A DNA stretch of 64,000 nucleotides from Spirochaetia bacterium (lineage in GTDB: Bacteria; Spirochaetota; Spirochaetia; UBA9216). The position numbers and the translations under genes were made by a program. Below are positions 49,567 to 60,564 of this stretch, in pieces. Below the pieces are notes generated by a model, which made no database searches, was not told the DNA's origin, and worked only from the letters and a program-made list of their open reading frames with translations. Numbering within the stretch: position 1 is the stretch's first letter; each line of letters starts with the position of its first letter. The stretch spans positions 864,001 through 928,000 of the forward strand of contig CAXXYH010000003.1 of the NCBI GenBank assembly GCA_963677925.2. The letters run 5' to 3'.

Positions 49567-51432
49567 GTGCTTAACCGGAATTATGTTAAAAAACTGACAA
49601 CTCGAGGTCTCCTGGTATTCCTCTCATGTCCTGTACTGTCACCGCTTTTGCTGGCATCTTTCACTGTATTAAGCGGTTATATGACAATGGATGAACTCAA
49701 GATTCTTTTAACCGCTCCGCTCTCAAATCTGATTACACTTACCACAATACTCACAGGAGTAGTTCTGGCTATTGTACCGGTACAACTATTTGCCCGGAAG
49801 TATAGAGAAAGAGATCCATCCTGGAATGAAATCAAGTTTTTTAATTATCAAATCCTCGGACTGTTTATGGTTGGATTATTAATAGAAATAGCAGCCGGTA
49901 TTCTGAATCTTGGATTTATAATTAAAATTGCATTTCCTGATAATATTCTTTATACCTCATTATGGATTCTGGCATTCTTTCTGATGGTTTCTGTTCCGTT
50001 AACTGCGGTCGTAAATAAGGATCTTGACAGGCTTGTGAGGGATATAAGTGATGAACCAAAGCCGATTTTTAATATTAAATTTAAACTTTATCTTGTTATC
50101 CTGGCATCTTTTATCGGCACAATTCTTATGTTCATTATGATAGCAACGGTTTCGTCAACAGCACTTTTTGAACTTGACAAGACATTACCGGTCAGTATTC
50201 CCGTACTTTTTATCAGTGCGGGAGCAACCGCCATCATTTTTATTTTCATCATGCTTGGCCTTGTCATGAACAATATAGTAAGTCCTCTCAGAACCATGGT
50301 CAAAACCTTTGAAGTGGGCGCTTCAGGTGATTTTACAGTATCGGTACCGGCTCATTCAACTGACGAAATAAGTCTTGTAGCCCTGAGGGCAAACTCACTT
50401 TTTGCTAAACTGAACAGCGGATTCAGAAGTATCCTCAATACCATAAACGTTCTCTCTGACAACAAACAGGAACTTGGAGGAATAGTTTCAGGTATTGCAT
50501 CTGCAGTTGCCCAGATTAGAGAGAGCCTGAGTGAAACTAACGAGGAAATGACCGCCCATGCTTCAAGTGTTGCAGAAACGACCGCAGCTGTGGAAGAGCT
50601 TGCCAGAAACATCGACTCGCTGAACGACAGTATAGGACAGCAGAGAAGTATCCTGCAGGTATCATCCAATTCTCTGAAGGAACTTCTTGCATTCAATTCA
50701 AAGCTTACTGATTTATCAAAACAGGGGCTGGAAAAATCTGAATCACTGGTAAGCGTTTCACAGGAGGGCAACAGAAGGATTCAGACCATGCAGAATCTTG
50801 TGGATACGATAAATGAGGATTCAAGTCATCTGGTAGAAGCCAACACCATGATCGCCTCTGTCGCAAGCCAGACCAACCTTCTTGCCATGAATGCCGCAAT
50901 TGAAGCTGCGCATGCAGGCGAAGCAGGAAAGGGTTTTGCTGTCGTAGCGGATGAGATAAGAAAGCTTGCAGAGACAGCCTCTGAGCAGTCCAAAAGCATT
51001 GGACATAATCTTAACCAGGTTCTCGGCAACATAGAAAATGTAGGTGAAGAGTCAAAGACTGTTCAATCTTCATTTCAGCAGATTGATCTGCATGTTACGG
51101 ATGTACAGAAGGCTGTTGAGAATATGAGCAGTTTCACTAAAACGGTTGTAGAGTTTTCTGAAAAACTTAACGATGCTATCTCTGAGCTAGAAAATGTTTC
51201 TTCAAATGTAATTCAGGGATCCAGCGAAATGCAGACCGGAAATACCGAAATACTTAAGGCTGTAACTCTGATGCGGGATATCAGCCAGAAAGTTGAAGAT
51301 GCAGTTAAAGAAATATCTGCGGGTGTGGATTCCATATCACAGCAGTCCAGCCTGATGCTAGAACAGAACAGCAATACCGATACATCACTCAACAATGTCG
51401 TAGAACTGATCAATAAATACAAATTAAGCTGA
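49567..51432 (+). CDS. Methyl-accepting chemotaxis protein with multi-TM sensor
   Basis: About six N-terminal TM helices, [39 protein letters not shown]. Confidence 0.92.
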   Translation: MLNRNYVKKLTTRGLLVFLSCPVLSPLLLASFTVLSGYMTMDELKILLTAPLSNLITLTTILTGVVLAIVPVQLFARKYRERDPSWNEIKFFNYQILGLFMVGLLIEIAAGILNLGFIIKIAFPDNILYTSLWILAFFLMVSVPLTAVVNKDLDRLVRDISDEPKPIFNIKFKLYLVILASFIGTILMFIMIATVSSTALFELDKTLPVSIPVLFISAGATAIIFIFIMLGLVMNNIVSPLRTMVKTFEVGASGDFTVSVPAHSTDEISLVALRANSLFAKLNSGFRSILNTINVLSDNKQELGGIVSGIASAVAQIRESLSETNEEMTAHASSVAETTAAVEELARNIDSLNDSIGQQRSILQVSSNSLKELLAFNSKLTDLSKQGLEKSESLVSVSQEGNRRIQTMQNLVDTINEDSSHLVEANTMIASVASQTNLLAMNAAIEAAHAGEAGKGFAVVADEIRKLAETASEQSKSIGHNLNQVLGNIENVGEESKTVQSSFQQIDLHVTDVQKAVENMSSFTKTVVEFSEKLNDAISELENVSSNVIQGSSEMQTGNTEILKAVTLMRDISQKVEDAVKEISAGVDSISQQSSLMLEQNSNTDTSLNNVVELINKYKLS

Positions 51433-51441
51433 TAAAAAGAA

Positions 51442-51481
51442 TGCTGCTTCCCTGTTACTTATAAAGTAAGGGGAAGCAGCA
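51442..51481. terminator. Hairpin between convergent genes, probably a bidirectional terminator
   Basis: TGCTGCTTCCC..TTACTT-ATA-AAGTAA.GGGAAGCAGCA. Confidence 0.7.
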
Positions 51482-51507
51482 AATTTGAGGAGTATAAAAG
51501 GAGAGAT

Positions 51508-52179
51508 TTATTCAATCTCGACAATTTTAAAATCAAGTGCCTTTACTACATCTGCTTCTGTATTTTCCAACACATATTCGGCTGTATATGGCGCAAAAAC
51601 TTCCTGCATAATAAATTTTCCGTCTTTTATCCGGAAAACACCAACATCAGTTACAAGGTAATCCACCTGAGCAGCAGCGGTAAGAGGAAGAGTACACTGA
51701 CGAAGGAGCTTTGAACCGCCGTTTTTATCAAAATGAACGCCGGCGCAGATTACAACCTTGGCTCCGACGGTAAGATCCATTGCTCCGCCCATTCCGGGAA
51801 CCATCTTTCCAGGAATCTTATAGTTTGCAAGATTTCCGTTCTGATCGACCTGAAGAACACCAAGAACTGTATAATCAACATGTCCTCCGCGAATAATACC
51901 GAAAGAAGTGGCTGAATCAAAATAGCAGCCTCCGCTCAGCATTGTGACAGGCATTCCGCCGGCGTTCTCAAGAAAGGGGATTTCCTGCCCCGCCTCCGGT
52001 GCCGGTCCAAGTCCGAGAAAACCGTTCTCTGACTGAAGTGTAACATCAACATCATCCGGAACATAATTTCCGACAAGTGTCGGCAGCCCGATTCCAAGAT
52101 TAACTACATCTCCGGAGCTGAAAAACCGTGCAATTCTCTTTGCAATAATATTTTTATTCGGCTTATATTCCATTGTCAT
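51508..52179 (-). CDS. atoA: 3-oxoacid CoA-transferase subunit B
   Basis: VNLGIGLPT, LQSENG, IRGGHVD, GMGGAMDL. Confidence 0.88.
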   Translation of the reverse strand: MTMEYKPNKNIIAKRIARFFSSGDVVNLGIGLPTLVGNYVPDDVDVTLQSENGFLGLGPAPEAGQEIPFLENAGGMPVTMLSGGCYFDSATSFGIIRGGHVDYTVLGVLQVDQNGNLANYKIPGKMVPGMGGAMDLTVGAKVVICAGVHFDKNGGSKLLRQCTLPLTAAAQVDYLVTDVGVFRIKDGKFIMQEVFAPYTAEYVLENTEADVVKALDFKIVEIE

Positions 52180-52850
52180 GCTCCTTTAACCAGTACTTTT
52201 ACGAATACAGAAGGAGTAACAACAACTTCAGGATCCAGTTCGCCAATCTCGACTATTTCATCAGCTTCTACAATAACAAGGTCGCATGCCATAGCCATAA
52301 GCGGATTGAAATTACGTGCTGATTTTGAGTAAACCAGATTGCCTGCTTTATCAGCTTTAGCTGCCCGGATGAGAGCGACATCACCTTTAAGAGCCTTTTC
52401 AATCAGGTACTTTACACCATTTATTTCATGAACAGCCTTACCTTCTTCAACCTCGGTGCCTACTCCGGTTGGGGTGAGGATTCCTCCAAGACCGCAGCCT
52501 GCAGCTCTGATCTGCTCTGCAAGGGTACCCTGGGGAATAAGTTCAACCTCGGTTTCTCCGGCTATCATCTGCCTCTGAACCTCGGCATTCAGGCCGATAT
52601 GGGTTGCTATAACCTTAGAAAACTGCTTCTCAGCAACATTAATTGCAACGCCTTCTATTTTACCTGCAGCCTCATTATGCCAGCCGCAGTCGTTGCCGAC
52701 CATTGTGAAGTTTTTTCTGCCTGAGGCCTTTAATTCCTCAAGCAGCTTCGGCGGTGAGCCGCAGCCCATGAAGCCGCCGACCATAATCACTGCGTTGTCA
52801 GGAATCAGTTTGACCGCTTCAGCCGCAGTTAAAATCTGCTTTTCTACCAT
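52176..52850 (-). CDS. atoD: 3-oxoacid CoA-transferase subunit A
   Basis: MVGGF, HIGLN, PQGTLAEQIRA, TPTGVGT, RNFNP. Confidence 0.88.
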   Translation of the reverse strand: MVEKQILTAAEAVKLIPDNAVIMVGGFMGCGSPPKLLEELKASGRKNFTMVGNDCGWHNEAAGKIEGVAINVAEKQFSKVIATHIGLNAEVQRQMIAGETEVELIPQGTLAEQIRAAGCGLGGILTPTGVGTEVEEGKAVHEINGVKYLIEKALKGDVALIRAAKADKAGNLVYSKSARNFNPLMAMACDLVIVEADEIVEIGELDPEVVVTPSVFVKVLVKGA

Positions 52851-52862
52851 AAACGTCTCTCC

Positions 52863-54041
52863 CTACATCTCTACGCAGAGTGCGGCACCCATGCCACCTC
52901 CGATACAGAGTGTTGCAAGGCCCTTACTGAGATTACGCTTTTTCATTTCATAAACCAGTGTAGTCAGGATTCTGGTACCGCTGGCGCCTATTGGATGGCC
53001 TATTGCAATTGCTCCGCCGTTCACGTTTACTATAGAGGTATCCCAGCCGAGAGCCTTATTTACCGAAATTGCCTGAGCGGCAAAGGCCTCATTAGCTTCA
53101 ACAAGCTGAAGATCCGAAACACTCCAGCCGGCCTTTTTAAGTGCAGTTTTAACTGCATCAACCGGACCGAATCCCATAATAGAAGGATCAACTCCTGCAT
53201 AGCCGTATGATGCGACCCGGGCAAGCGGCTGCAGTTTTCTTTCTTTAACAAAATCACCTGATGCAACAATAAATCCCGCTGCTCCGTCGTTTATGCCCGA
53301 AGCGTTTCCAGCCGTTACGGTACCGTCCTTTTTAAAGGCAGGTTTAAGTTTTCCTAGAGATTCTGCTGTTACTCCGTCGCGTATAAACTCGTCATTTTCA
53401 AAAATGACAGGTTCACCCTTTCGCTGAGGGATTACAACAGGAATGATCTCATCCTTGAATTTCCCCGCGTTTCTAGCAGCCTCAGCCTTATTCTGCGAAG
53501 CAGCGGCAAAGGCATCCTGCTCTTCACGACTTATGTTGTATTTTTCAGCAAGATTCTCTGCAGTTATTCCCATATGGTAATTATTGAAAATATCCCAAAG
53601 GCCGTCATGTACCATAGTATCGACAATTTTATTGTCGCCCATCCGATAGCCGTTTCTCGCTCCGGGTAGAGCATATGGAGCCATTGACATATTCTCTGTA
53701 CCGCCGGCAATTATCATATCAGCATCACCGCACATTACACTCTGTGATGCCAGCATGATACTCCGGAGGCCTGAACCGCATACCATATTTATAGTATATG
53801 CAGTTTTCTCCACCGGAATTCCGGCCTTAATCAGAGCCTGACGGCTGATATTCTGGCCAAGTGCAGTTTGAAGAACGCAGCCGAGTACGACCTCGTCAAC
53901 GTCTTCCGGTTTTAGACCCTGACGATCCAGCAGGGCCTTAATTACAGTTGCAGCGGTGTCAGCCGGGTTAACGGCTGACAGGCTTCCGCTGAAAGAACCG
54001 ACGGCGGTTCGTCCGCCGTCAACTAGAAATACATCTTTCAT
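52863..54041 (-). CDS. atoB: Acetyl-CoA C-acetyltransferase (thiolase)
   Basis: [36 protein letters not shown]. Confidence 0.93.
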   Translation of the reverse strand: MKDVFLVDGGRTAVGSFSGSLSAVNPADTAATVIKALLDRQGLKPEDVDEVVLGCVLQTALGQNISRQALIKAGIPVEKTAYTINMVCGSGLRSIMLASQSVMCGDADMIIAGGTENMSMAPYALPGARNGYRMGDNKIVDTMVHDGLWDIFNNYHMGITAENLAEKYNISREEQDAFAAASQNKAEAARNAGKFKDEIIPVVIPQRKGEPVIFENDEFIRDGVTAESLGKLKPAFKKDGTVTAGNASGINDGAAGFIVASGDFVKERKLQPLARVASYGYAGVDPSIMGFGPVDAVKTALKKAGWSVSDLQLVEANEAFAAQAISVNKALGWDTSIVNVNGGAIAIGHPIGASGTRILTTLVYEMKKRNLSKGLATLCIGGGMGAALCVEM

Positions 54042-54050
54042 TTAAATCCT

Positions 54051-55382
54051 CTAAAAAGCAAACAACATGAAAAGTGAAATTACAATTCCCGTATAGAGAA
54101 GTATTACGGTTGTATAGCCCATGATATCCCTGATATTAAGCTTGGCTACGCCGAGCAGAGGGAGGGCCCAGAAAGGCTGAATCATGTTGGTCCACGCATC
54201 ACCCCAGGCTACGGCCATTGAAGTTGATGCAAATGATACACCAAGCTGTTTTGCTGCAGGAATCATAATTGGACCCTGAACACCCCACTGACCACCGCCT
54301 GAAGGAACAAAAAAGTTAACTACACCGGCTGACAGGAAGGTAAAAAACGGAAATGTTGTATCGTTTGAAATATTTACAAAGCCCTGTGAGAAGGTACTTG
54401 CCAGACCGCTGTTTATCATCATACCCATGATACCTGCGTAGAACGGGAACTGAAGAACAACACCGCCTACTCCTTTGGTAGCTTCAACCACGGCGCGTAC
54501 GTATCTGATAGGAGTCTTGTGAAGAAGGATACCTACGATGAGGAAGATAAAGTTAACAATATTTAGTGATATTGTACCGCCCTTTATAAAGTAGTAAACG
54601 ATATAAACAAGACCGATAGCTCCGATGATAATTGAAAGAATCATGTTATTCTCAAGCTTTTCAGCAGGAGTCATGTCCTTCTTATCCTTAACTACTTCTT
54701 CTTCCTCGTCTGCAAACAGATTAGGGGCTACTTCAAAAACCTCTTCCTTATTTTTCGGATGCATGAATCGGTTGATGATCGGCATTGTAACGACAAGCAG
54801 AACAACAAGGATAAGGTTCTGTACTGAAAAAATTGTCTCTGATGCAGGGACAATAGCTCCGTCTGCAAACTTTTCCATGATTGAATCAGCACCTGCAATT
54901 TTCAGCGGAATAGAAGCTGAAAGACCTGCGTGCCAGACTACGAATCCGCTGTATGCAGCAGCAACGAGAAGCGGATAGTGAATACCGCGTACAGTTTTTG
55001 CAAGTTCTTTTGCAAGAAGAGCACCGATAATAAGACCGAAACCCCAGTTAAGCCAGCAGCAGATTGCAGCTACGAAAGAAACAAGTACGATAGCCTGTGT
55101 AGGAGTTTTTGCAACTTTTGCAATGCTCTTTAAGAGCGAATGCACAGGTTTGGAAGTAGCCATTGCACTTCCGGTTACAATAATCAGGGCCATCTGCATT
55201 GAGAAAGCAAGAAATGCCCACATTCCTCCGCCAAAGTAACCTGTCATTGCTATAAAACTCTGACCTTCAACTACCATACCAAGAACGAATACGATTAGAG
55301 ACAGGATCAAAGCAAACAGGAATGCATCAGGCAGCCACCTTCGGGCTACTTTTGCGAAAAAATTCCCTAAGACACGAATCAT
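54051..55382 (-). CDS. atoE: Short-chain fatty acid transporter
   Basis: WLPDAF, FSMQM, NWGFG, AAYSG, QFPFYAGI, PSGGGQW, WTNMIQPFWALP. Confidence 0.92.
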   Translation of the reverse strand: MIRVLGNFFAKVARRWLPDAFLFALILSLIVFVLGMVVEGQSFIAMTGYFGGGMWAFLAFSMQMALIIVTGSAMATSKPVHSLLKSIAKVAKTPTQAIVLVSFVAAICCWLNWGFGLIIGALLAKELAKTVRGIHYPLLVAAAYSGFVVWHAGLSASIPLKIAGADSIMEKFADGAIVPASETIFSVQNLILVVLLVVTMPIINRFMHPKNKEEVFEVAPNLFADEEEEVVKDKKDMTPAEKLENNMILSIIIGAIGLVYIVYYFIKGGTISLNIVNFIFLIVGILLHKTPIRYVRAVVEATKGVGGVVLQFPFYAGIMGMMINSGLASTFSQGFVNISNDTTFPFFTFLSAGVVNFFVPSGGGQWGVQGPIMIPAAKQLGVSFASTSMAVAWGDAWTNMIQPFWALPLLGVAKLNIRDIMGYTTVILLYTGIVISLFMLFAF

Positions 55383-55416
55383 TTGAGACCTCCATTAATG
55401 ATTTGTGCCCCTTATA

Positions 55417-55432
55417 TGCATTTTTGATGCCA
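55417..55432 (-). promoter_or_regulatory. Sigma54 (-24/-12) promoter of atoE-B-D-A
   Basis: TGGCATCAAAAATGCA (GG-N10-GC), 35 nt upstream of atoE. Confidence 0.8.
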
Positions 55433-55548
55433 GAACCGCAGTTTTTGATAATTTTTTATTTATTTTTTTTAATTTATTATAGAGTAGTTATTTACAGTGA
55501 TGGTGTTTTTCAGCTTTAAAACTTGCTCAATATAAACTGCAGCTTAAT

Positions 55549-55585
55549 CTGCAAATTCTTTCATCATGTCTGCAATTTTTTGCAG
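55549..55585. promoter_or_regulatory. Tandem enhancer (UAS) sites for the AtoC-like activator
   Basis: CTGCAAATTCTTTCAT (55549) and palindromic CTGCAATTTTTTGCAG (55570), 21 bp apart, separated from the promoter by an AT-rich tract. Confidence 0.6.
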
Positions 55586-55588
55586 AGG

Positions 55589-56929
55589 CTAATCCTGGAT
55601 GTCATAGTAATTAAGCCGGTAATGCAGGGTGCGGATGCTGATCCCAAGCGCTTCAGCAGTCGAAGCCCTGTTTCCCCCATTTTCAGACAGCGCCTGCAGT
55701 ATCAATTTTTTCTCATAAGCATCCATCTGAAACTTCAGGTCGCCTGAACAGTTTATTTTATCAGAACTTCCTTCATCAATATTCTCAAGCTTCATCTCAC
55801 CGTTTTCACTGTAAATGTATGCCTGCTCCAGAATATTCTTCAGCTCCCTCGTATTTCCCGGCCAGCTGCAGCGCTGCAGCTGAAGCATCTGCTCCTTGTT
55901 CAGCCAGGCTGAACGCTCGCCGTACCTTGCATTAAACATCTTCATGAAATGCGAAGCAAGAAGAGGAATATCTACGGCTCGCTCTCTTAAAGGCGGGATG
56001 TCAAATTTGATAACATTCAGTCTGTAAAAAAGGTCCTTCCGGAAAGTCCCCTTCTCAATTTCTTCTTCCAGCTTCCGGTTTGTCAGGGCGATTATTCGAA
56101 CATGAACACTCTTTTGATGTCGCCCTCCGACACGGTAAAAACTTTTATCCTGAAGAAAACTTAACAGCTTGGCCTGAATATTAATTGGAATCTCAGAGAT
56201 TTCATCAAGTATCAATGTGCCGCCGTCAGCATCTTCCACCCTTCCGGATTTACTTTCAACAGCTCCGGTAAACGCACCTTTCTCGTGCCCGAAAAGTTCG
56301 GATTCAAAAAGTGTTTCTGAAAGCGTGGCACAGTTTACATACACAAGCGGAGCGGTCGATGCATTCAGAGTATGATGAATCTGATGAGCAAGTATATTCT
56401 TGCCGGTGCCGGTTTCTCCGGTGATAAGCACCGGGACATCGGTATCAGCAAGCTTGAAGATCCGCCCCTTTATAATCTTTATTTCCGGGCTTTCACCTAT
56501 GAATTCCTGAAAGTAATTACACTCCTGCTGCATCCTTTTAAGAATCATATTCTCCCTGTTGACTTCCCGGAAGTCCAGGCAGCGATCTACCGCAATGGTT
56601 ATGCTGTCGACATCGAACGGTTTGGTTATAAAATCATAGGCGCCTGATTTGATTGTAGAAACAGCATTATCGATTGTGCCGAGAGCTGTTATTATAATTA
56701 TTTCAACACCTTCAGAGAGCTTTTTAAGAGGAATAATAAGATCAGCTCCGTTTGCATCAGGAAGCTTAAGATCTAGAATGATTACATCAGGCTGGAAATT
56801 TCTGGCGGCATCAACAGCCTCAGCACCATTTGCTGCAGTTTCAACTTCAAACCTGTCGGTTCTAAAAAGTTCTGAAAGAAAAACCCTGACATTCTTCTCA
56901 TCGTCAACTATAAGCAGCTTATGTTTCAT
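55589..56929 (-). CDS. atoC: Sigma54-dependent response regulator (AtoC-like)
   Basis: Receiver, GETGTGK, ESELFGHEKGAFTGA, FRKDLFYRLNV, WPGN.REL, Fis HTH. Confidence 0.8.
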   Translation of the reverse strand: MKHKLLIVDDEKNVRVFLSELFRTDRFEVETAANGAEAVDAARNFQPDVIILDLKLPDANGADLIIPLKKLSEGVEIIIITALGTIDNAVSTIKSGAYDFITKPFDVDSITIAVDRCLDFREVNRENMILKRMQQECNYFQEFIGESPEIKIIKGRIFKLADTDVPVLITGETGTGKNILAHQIHHTLNASTAPLVYVNCATLSETLFESELFGHEKGAFTGAVESKSGRVEDADGGTLILDEISEIPINIQAKLLSFLQDKSFYRVGGRHQKSVHVRIIALTNRKLEEEIEKGTFRKDLFYRLNVIKFDIPPLRERAVDIPLLASHFMKMFNARYGERSAWLNKEQMLQLQRCSWPGNTRELKNILEQAYIYSENGEMKLENIDEGSSDKINCSGDLKFQMDAYEKKLILQALSENGGNRASTAEALGISIRTLHYRLNYYDIQD

Positions 56930-58778
56930 CTATGGTCTCCAGTATTTTCCGGTTGAATGTAACGGTAAACTCAGTGTATTCACCGGGAACAGAATCAGCG
57001 GTTATGCTTCCGCGATGTTTTTCCATTATCTCGGCACAGAGAGAAAGCCCGAAACCGGACCCCTCAGGTTTTGTTGTAAAAAATGGAGTGAATATCTTTG
57101 CAAGCGTATCAGCTGCTATCCCCGGCCCGTTGTCCCGGATTCTGATATTTACATCCTCATCACCGCTGACAAGGGCAATTTCAATCCGGCCGGGCGTCCC
57201 TGTCTTTTCACTGCCGTTTCCTCTTATGGCGTCGACGCTGTTTTTCACAAGGTTGTCCAGCAGCTGGGTAATTTTATTCTTATCGATACGGATAAAACAT
57301 TCACTGGAAGGGCCGGTATCCGAGGTGAAATCTATATCCTGATAAACACTCCGGTAAATTATCAGCAGCTCCTGCAAAAGTCCGGTAATGCTGACCGTTT
57401 CAGGCTGAAGTCTGAAACGCCCGCCGTAAATGAGCATTTCATTCAGCAGACCGTTTACCCTCTGCAGTTCCTCGTTTATCAGCGAGAAGAAGTATTCGCG
57501 CCGTTCTTCAGGAAGCTCGCGTTTCTGAATCAGCTGTGTAAAGCCTTTGACAGCTGTTAACGGGTTTTTAATCTCATGGGCGACATTAAGCCCCATCTCT
57601 CCAAGAGCCGCCATTCTTTCATTTTCTTTAAGCTGACGCTCATACTGCCTGACTATCGTAACATCCCTGAAAACAAAGACCACGCCAAGGCGCTCGGCAA
57701 GGTCACTTCTTATCGCATTGCTGGAAACCTCCATAATACGTTCTTTATCAGCCAGGATTCTGTTGGCCAGACCGGGACCGGAGTTCAGCCCCTCTCTTAA
57801 AAGAGACAATAGAGGATCCCTGAAGATTTTATTCATATCTTCACCGACAATTTCATTGCTGCCGACATCGAAAAGCGTCCTGAATGAAGGATTAACCAGT
57901 GCAATGGTGCCGGATTCGGTAAGTGCCAGAACACCGTTTACAACGCTGTCCAGAACATAGCGGTTATATGATTTGAAGTATGCAACACTGTTGGAAAGCT
58001 CATTTACTTTCTGCACGATTATATTCAGTTCACCGTGAATCTCGGGAAGCCTGTACATCGGCTGCGTAATAACCTGCTGGATACCGTCACGGATTATATC
58101 AATCTGACCTATAAAACCTCTGGTAATGGCAACTACTGCAAGATAGATAATAAAGAAAATAAGAATGATAAGAAGAAAGACCTGATTAAGAATTCTGTTC
58201 ATCTGCATCGATATATCGGACATGGTCTCATTAGCCCAGATGTAGCCAATTACAGCCCCGCTTCGGATAATGGGAATCATACAGTTGAGAATCTTACCCC
58301 TTACCAGTTCTCCTTCCTGGACTATGGGTTCTCCAAGTTCCATGACTTCATAGCCCTGATGCCCCTCAAAAATCGGCTGTCCTACCGTATGCTGAAACTC
58401 GGAACTCGGTCCGTATGTGATAATTGCATCAAGCTCCCTGCTGTAGTAGCCCACCCCAACACCATCAATACCCGAGGCTACAAAATCGGTGATCGGAGCA
58501 AGCTGTTCATTGAGAATTTTTATTTTTTCTTTACGTGAAGAATCCTGAGCCCCTGCTTCCAGAAGTATATCCGAGTATGTTCCTTCAAGAGCATGATCAA
58601 GCTGATGGGTCAGACCGAAGAGCAGTCTTTCTTTTTCATCAAGCAGATCACGTGTAATTATCATCTTCAGGGAAATCTCAATTGCGGCAAAGCCGATTAA
58701 GATAATACAGAAAATAATAAACAGGAGTCTTAACGTAAAATTATGTCTGATAGTATCGATAATCCTGGTCCGGGACAA
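56919..58778 (-). CDS. atoS: Sensor histidine kinase (AtoS-like)
   Basis: Two TM helices; GVGVGYYS..LDAIITYGPS periplasmic motif; PAS; AHEIKNPL; DNGPG; PFFTTK; GFGL. Confidence 0.8.
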   Translation of the reverse strand: MSRTRIIDTIRHNFTLRLLFIIFCIILIGFAAIEISLKMIITRDLLDEKERLLFGLTHQLDHALEGTYSDILLEAGAQDSSRKEKIKILNEQLAPITDFVASGIDGVGVGYYSRELDAIITYGPSSEFQHTVGQPIFEGHQGYEVMELGEPIVQEGELVRGKILNCMIPIIRSGAVIGYIWANETMSDISMQMNRILNQVFLLIILIFFIIYLAVVAITRGFIGQIDIIRDGIQQVITQPMYRLPEIHGELNIIVQKVNELSNSVAYFKSYNRYVLDSVVNGVLALTESGTIALVNPSFRTLFDVGSNEIVGEDMNKIFRDPLLSLLREGLNSGPGLANRILADKERIMEVSSNAIRSDLAERLGVVFVFRDVTIVRQYERQLKENERMAALGEMGLNVAHEIKNPLTAVKGFTQLIQKRELPEERREYFFSLINEELQRVNGLLNEMLIYGGRFRLQPETVSITGLLQELLIIYRSVYQDIDFTSDTGPSSECFIRIDKNKITQLLDNLVKNSVDAIRGNGSEKTGTPGRIEIALVSGDEDVNIRIRDNGPGIAADTLAKIFTPFFTTKPEGSGFGLSLCAEIMEKHRGSITADSVPGEYTEFTVTFNRKILETIDET

Positions 58779-58879
58779 ATTTGTATCCTGTAAGATTAGA
58801 GTTGAGTTCAGGATAACCGGAAAAACTTAAACTGTAAATAATTTCCGGGTATCCCGCATATTAATGGTTAGTTGAAATT

Positions 58880-60316
58880 TTACTTTTCCGCTTCTATCAT
58901 AAACTTGGAAACAGTATTAATCTCAATCAAATTTGACTCATTGCTTATTTTCGGGGGTGAACCTGCAAGGACAAGAACAAGATCATCAGGTTGAACAAGG
59001 TCATTGAGTACAAGGCTTCGAACCGCTTTTGATATAAGCTGGTCAGTATTTGCAGGAAGTTCCATCAGCTTCGGGTACAGTCCGTAAGAAAGAGAAAGTT
59101 CTCTCGCAACACGCATTTCATGACATCTGACATAGATGGGAATCTTACCCCGAAAGGAGGATAGAAGACGTGCAGTGAGCCCTGAATAGGTGTGAACGAT
59201 GATGGCCTTGACAGGAAGTTTATCAGATGCCTGAATTGCACTTTTAGCCAGAAATTTACGAACGTCACCGCCCTGGCCCACAAGATCATGCTTCCAGATG
59301 TCCTTTCGGTATTCTTCGGCAGCTTTTGCCACCCTTGCCATTGTTGCAACACTCTCAAGCGGATACTTGCCGTAGGCTGTCTCGCCGCTGAGCATAAGTG
59401 CTGAAGTCCCGTCAAGAACAGCATTTGCGATGTCGCTGACTTCCGCTCTGGTCGGTCGCGGATTCTCAATCATGGACTGAAGCATCTGGGTTGCTGTAAT
59501 AACCGGTTTAGCTCTTTTTACGCAGATCTTTATAAGCCGCTTCTGAATCGGGGGGACTTCCTCAGCTGGAATTTCAATACCGAGATCACCCCTTGCAACC
59601 ATCAGTCCGTGACATGCTTCAATAATTTCAACAGCATTATCAACACCTTCCCGGTTTTCAATTTTTGCAATAATTTTAACATTGGAATCGGTCTCCCGGA
59701 GGATTTCAGCTATTTCCTCAATATCTCCAGCGTTTCTTACAAAAGAGTGGGCAATAAAATCAATACCGTTTTCTGCTGCAAAACGCACAAATGCCCGGTC
59801 CTTGTCCGTAAGCGACGGCAGATTAAGATGAACACCCGGAATATTAACACTCTTACGGTTTTTAACTGTTCCGCTATTGCCGGCCTCTGCAGTAATAAAG
59901 CCGTCACCGATTGATTTCACAGTAAACAGAATATCACCGTCATCTATCAGTATTGTTGCTCCTGCCGGAATATCATCGGATACCTGCCTGTAGGATACTG
60001 AAATAACAGGATACTCATTTCCTGACTTGGGAACCCAGTTTTCAGGGGCAAACAAAACAGTATCACCTGTTTCAACCTTAATTCCATCGTCCCCTATTCC
60101 GGCAGTCCTTACTTCGGGGCCTTTTGTATCGATTAGAATTCCCGCAAACTCCGAAACGGCACGGATATTCTTAATTACTTTCATTGAGTCTTCAGGGCTC
60201 TGGTGTGCGGTATTAAGCCTGAATACATCAACTCCACGATCTACAAGCTCTTTGATAAAATCCACATCACAGTGTCTGTCAGAAACAGTAGCCACTATCT
60301 TTGTCTGTTTTTTCAT
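58880..60316 (-). CDS. pyk: Pyruvate kinase
   Basis: TKIVAT, DTKGPEVRT, IAKIEN, MVARGDLG, ATQML, PTRAE, MLSGETA. Confidence 0.96.
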   Translation of the reverse strand: MKKQTKIVATVSDRHCDVDFIKELVDRGVDVFRLNTAHQSPEDSMKVIKNIRAVSEFAGILIDTKGPEVRTAGIGDDGIKVETGDTVLFAPENWVPKSGNEYPVISVSYRQVSDDIPAGATILIDDGDILFTVKSIGDGFITAEAGNSGTVKNRKSVNIPGVHLNLPSLTDKDRAFVRFAAENGIDFIAHSFVRNAGDIEEIAEILRETDSNVKIIAKIENREGVDNAVEIIEACHGLMVARGDLGIEIPAEEVPPIQKRLIKICVKRAKPVITATQMLQSMIENPRPTRAEVSDIANAVLDGTSALMLSGETAYGKYPLESVATMARVAKAAEEYRKDIWKHDLVGQGGDVRKFLAKSAIQASDKLPVKAIIVHTYSGLTARLLSSFRGKIPIYVRCHEMRVARELSLSYGLYPKLMELPANTDQLISKAVRSLVLNDLVQPDDLVLVLAGSPPKISNESNLIEINTVSKFMIEAEK

Positions 60317-60451
60317 AAAATCTCCCAATAATTCTTCAACTGTAATTATAATAGATCTTGCTCTCATGGTAAACTTAGACAAATGTTCATTTTAATCAGA
60401 AGGAGATCTTTTGTCTGAAATAACGATCTTTTACTTATCAGAAACAGAAAA

Positions 60452-60555
60452 TCCACGGCGGGCGGCAGTTGCATTCGATGCCTGCGATGGTACAACTTCT
60501 GTCCCGAACATGCTATTATGTAACGGGGGACGCTTTACAGACTTGACCCCGTGGA
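60452..60555. ncRNA. Candidate structured RNA (three-way junction), unclassified
   Basis: GC-rich island with closing stem TCCACGG/CCGTGGA enclosing hairpins GCAG-GCA/TGC-CTGC and GTCCCG-ACAT/ATGT-CGGGGGAC. Confidence 0.35.
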
Positions 60556-60564
60556 ACTTATAAT

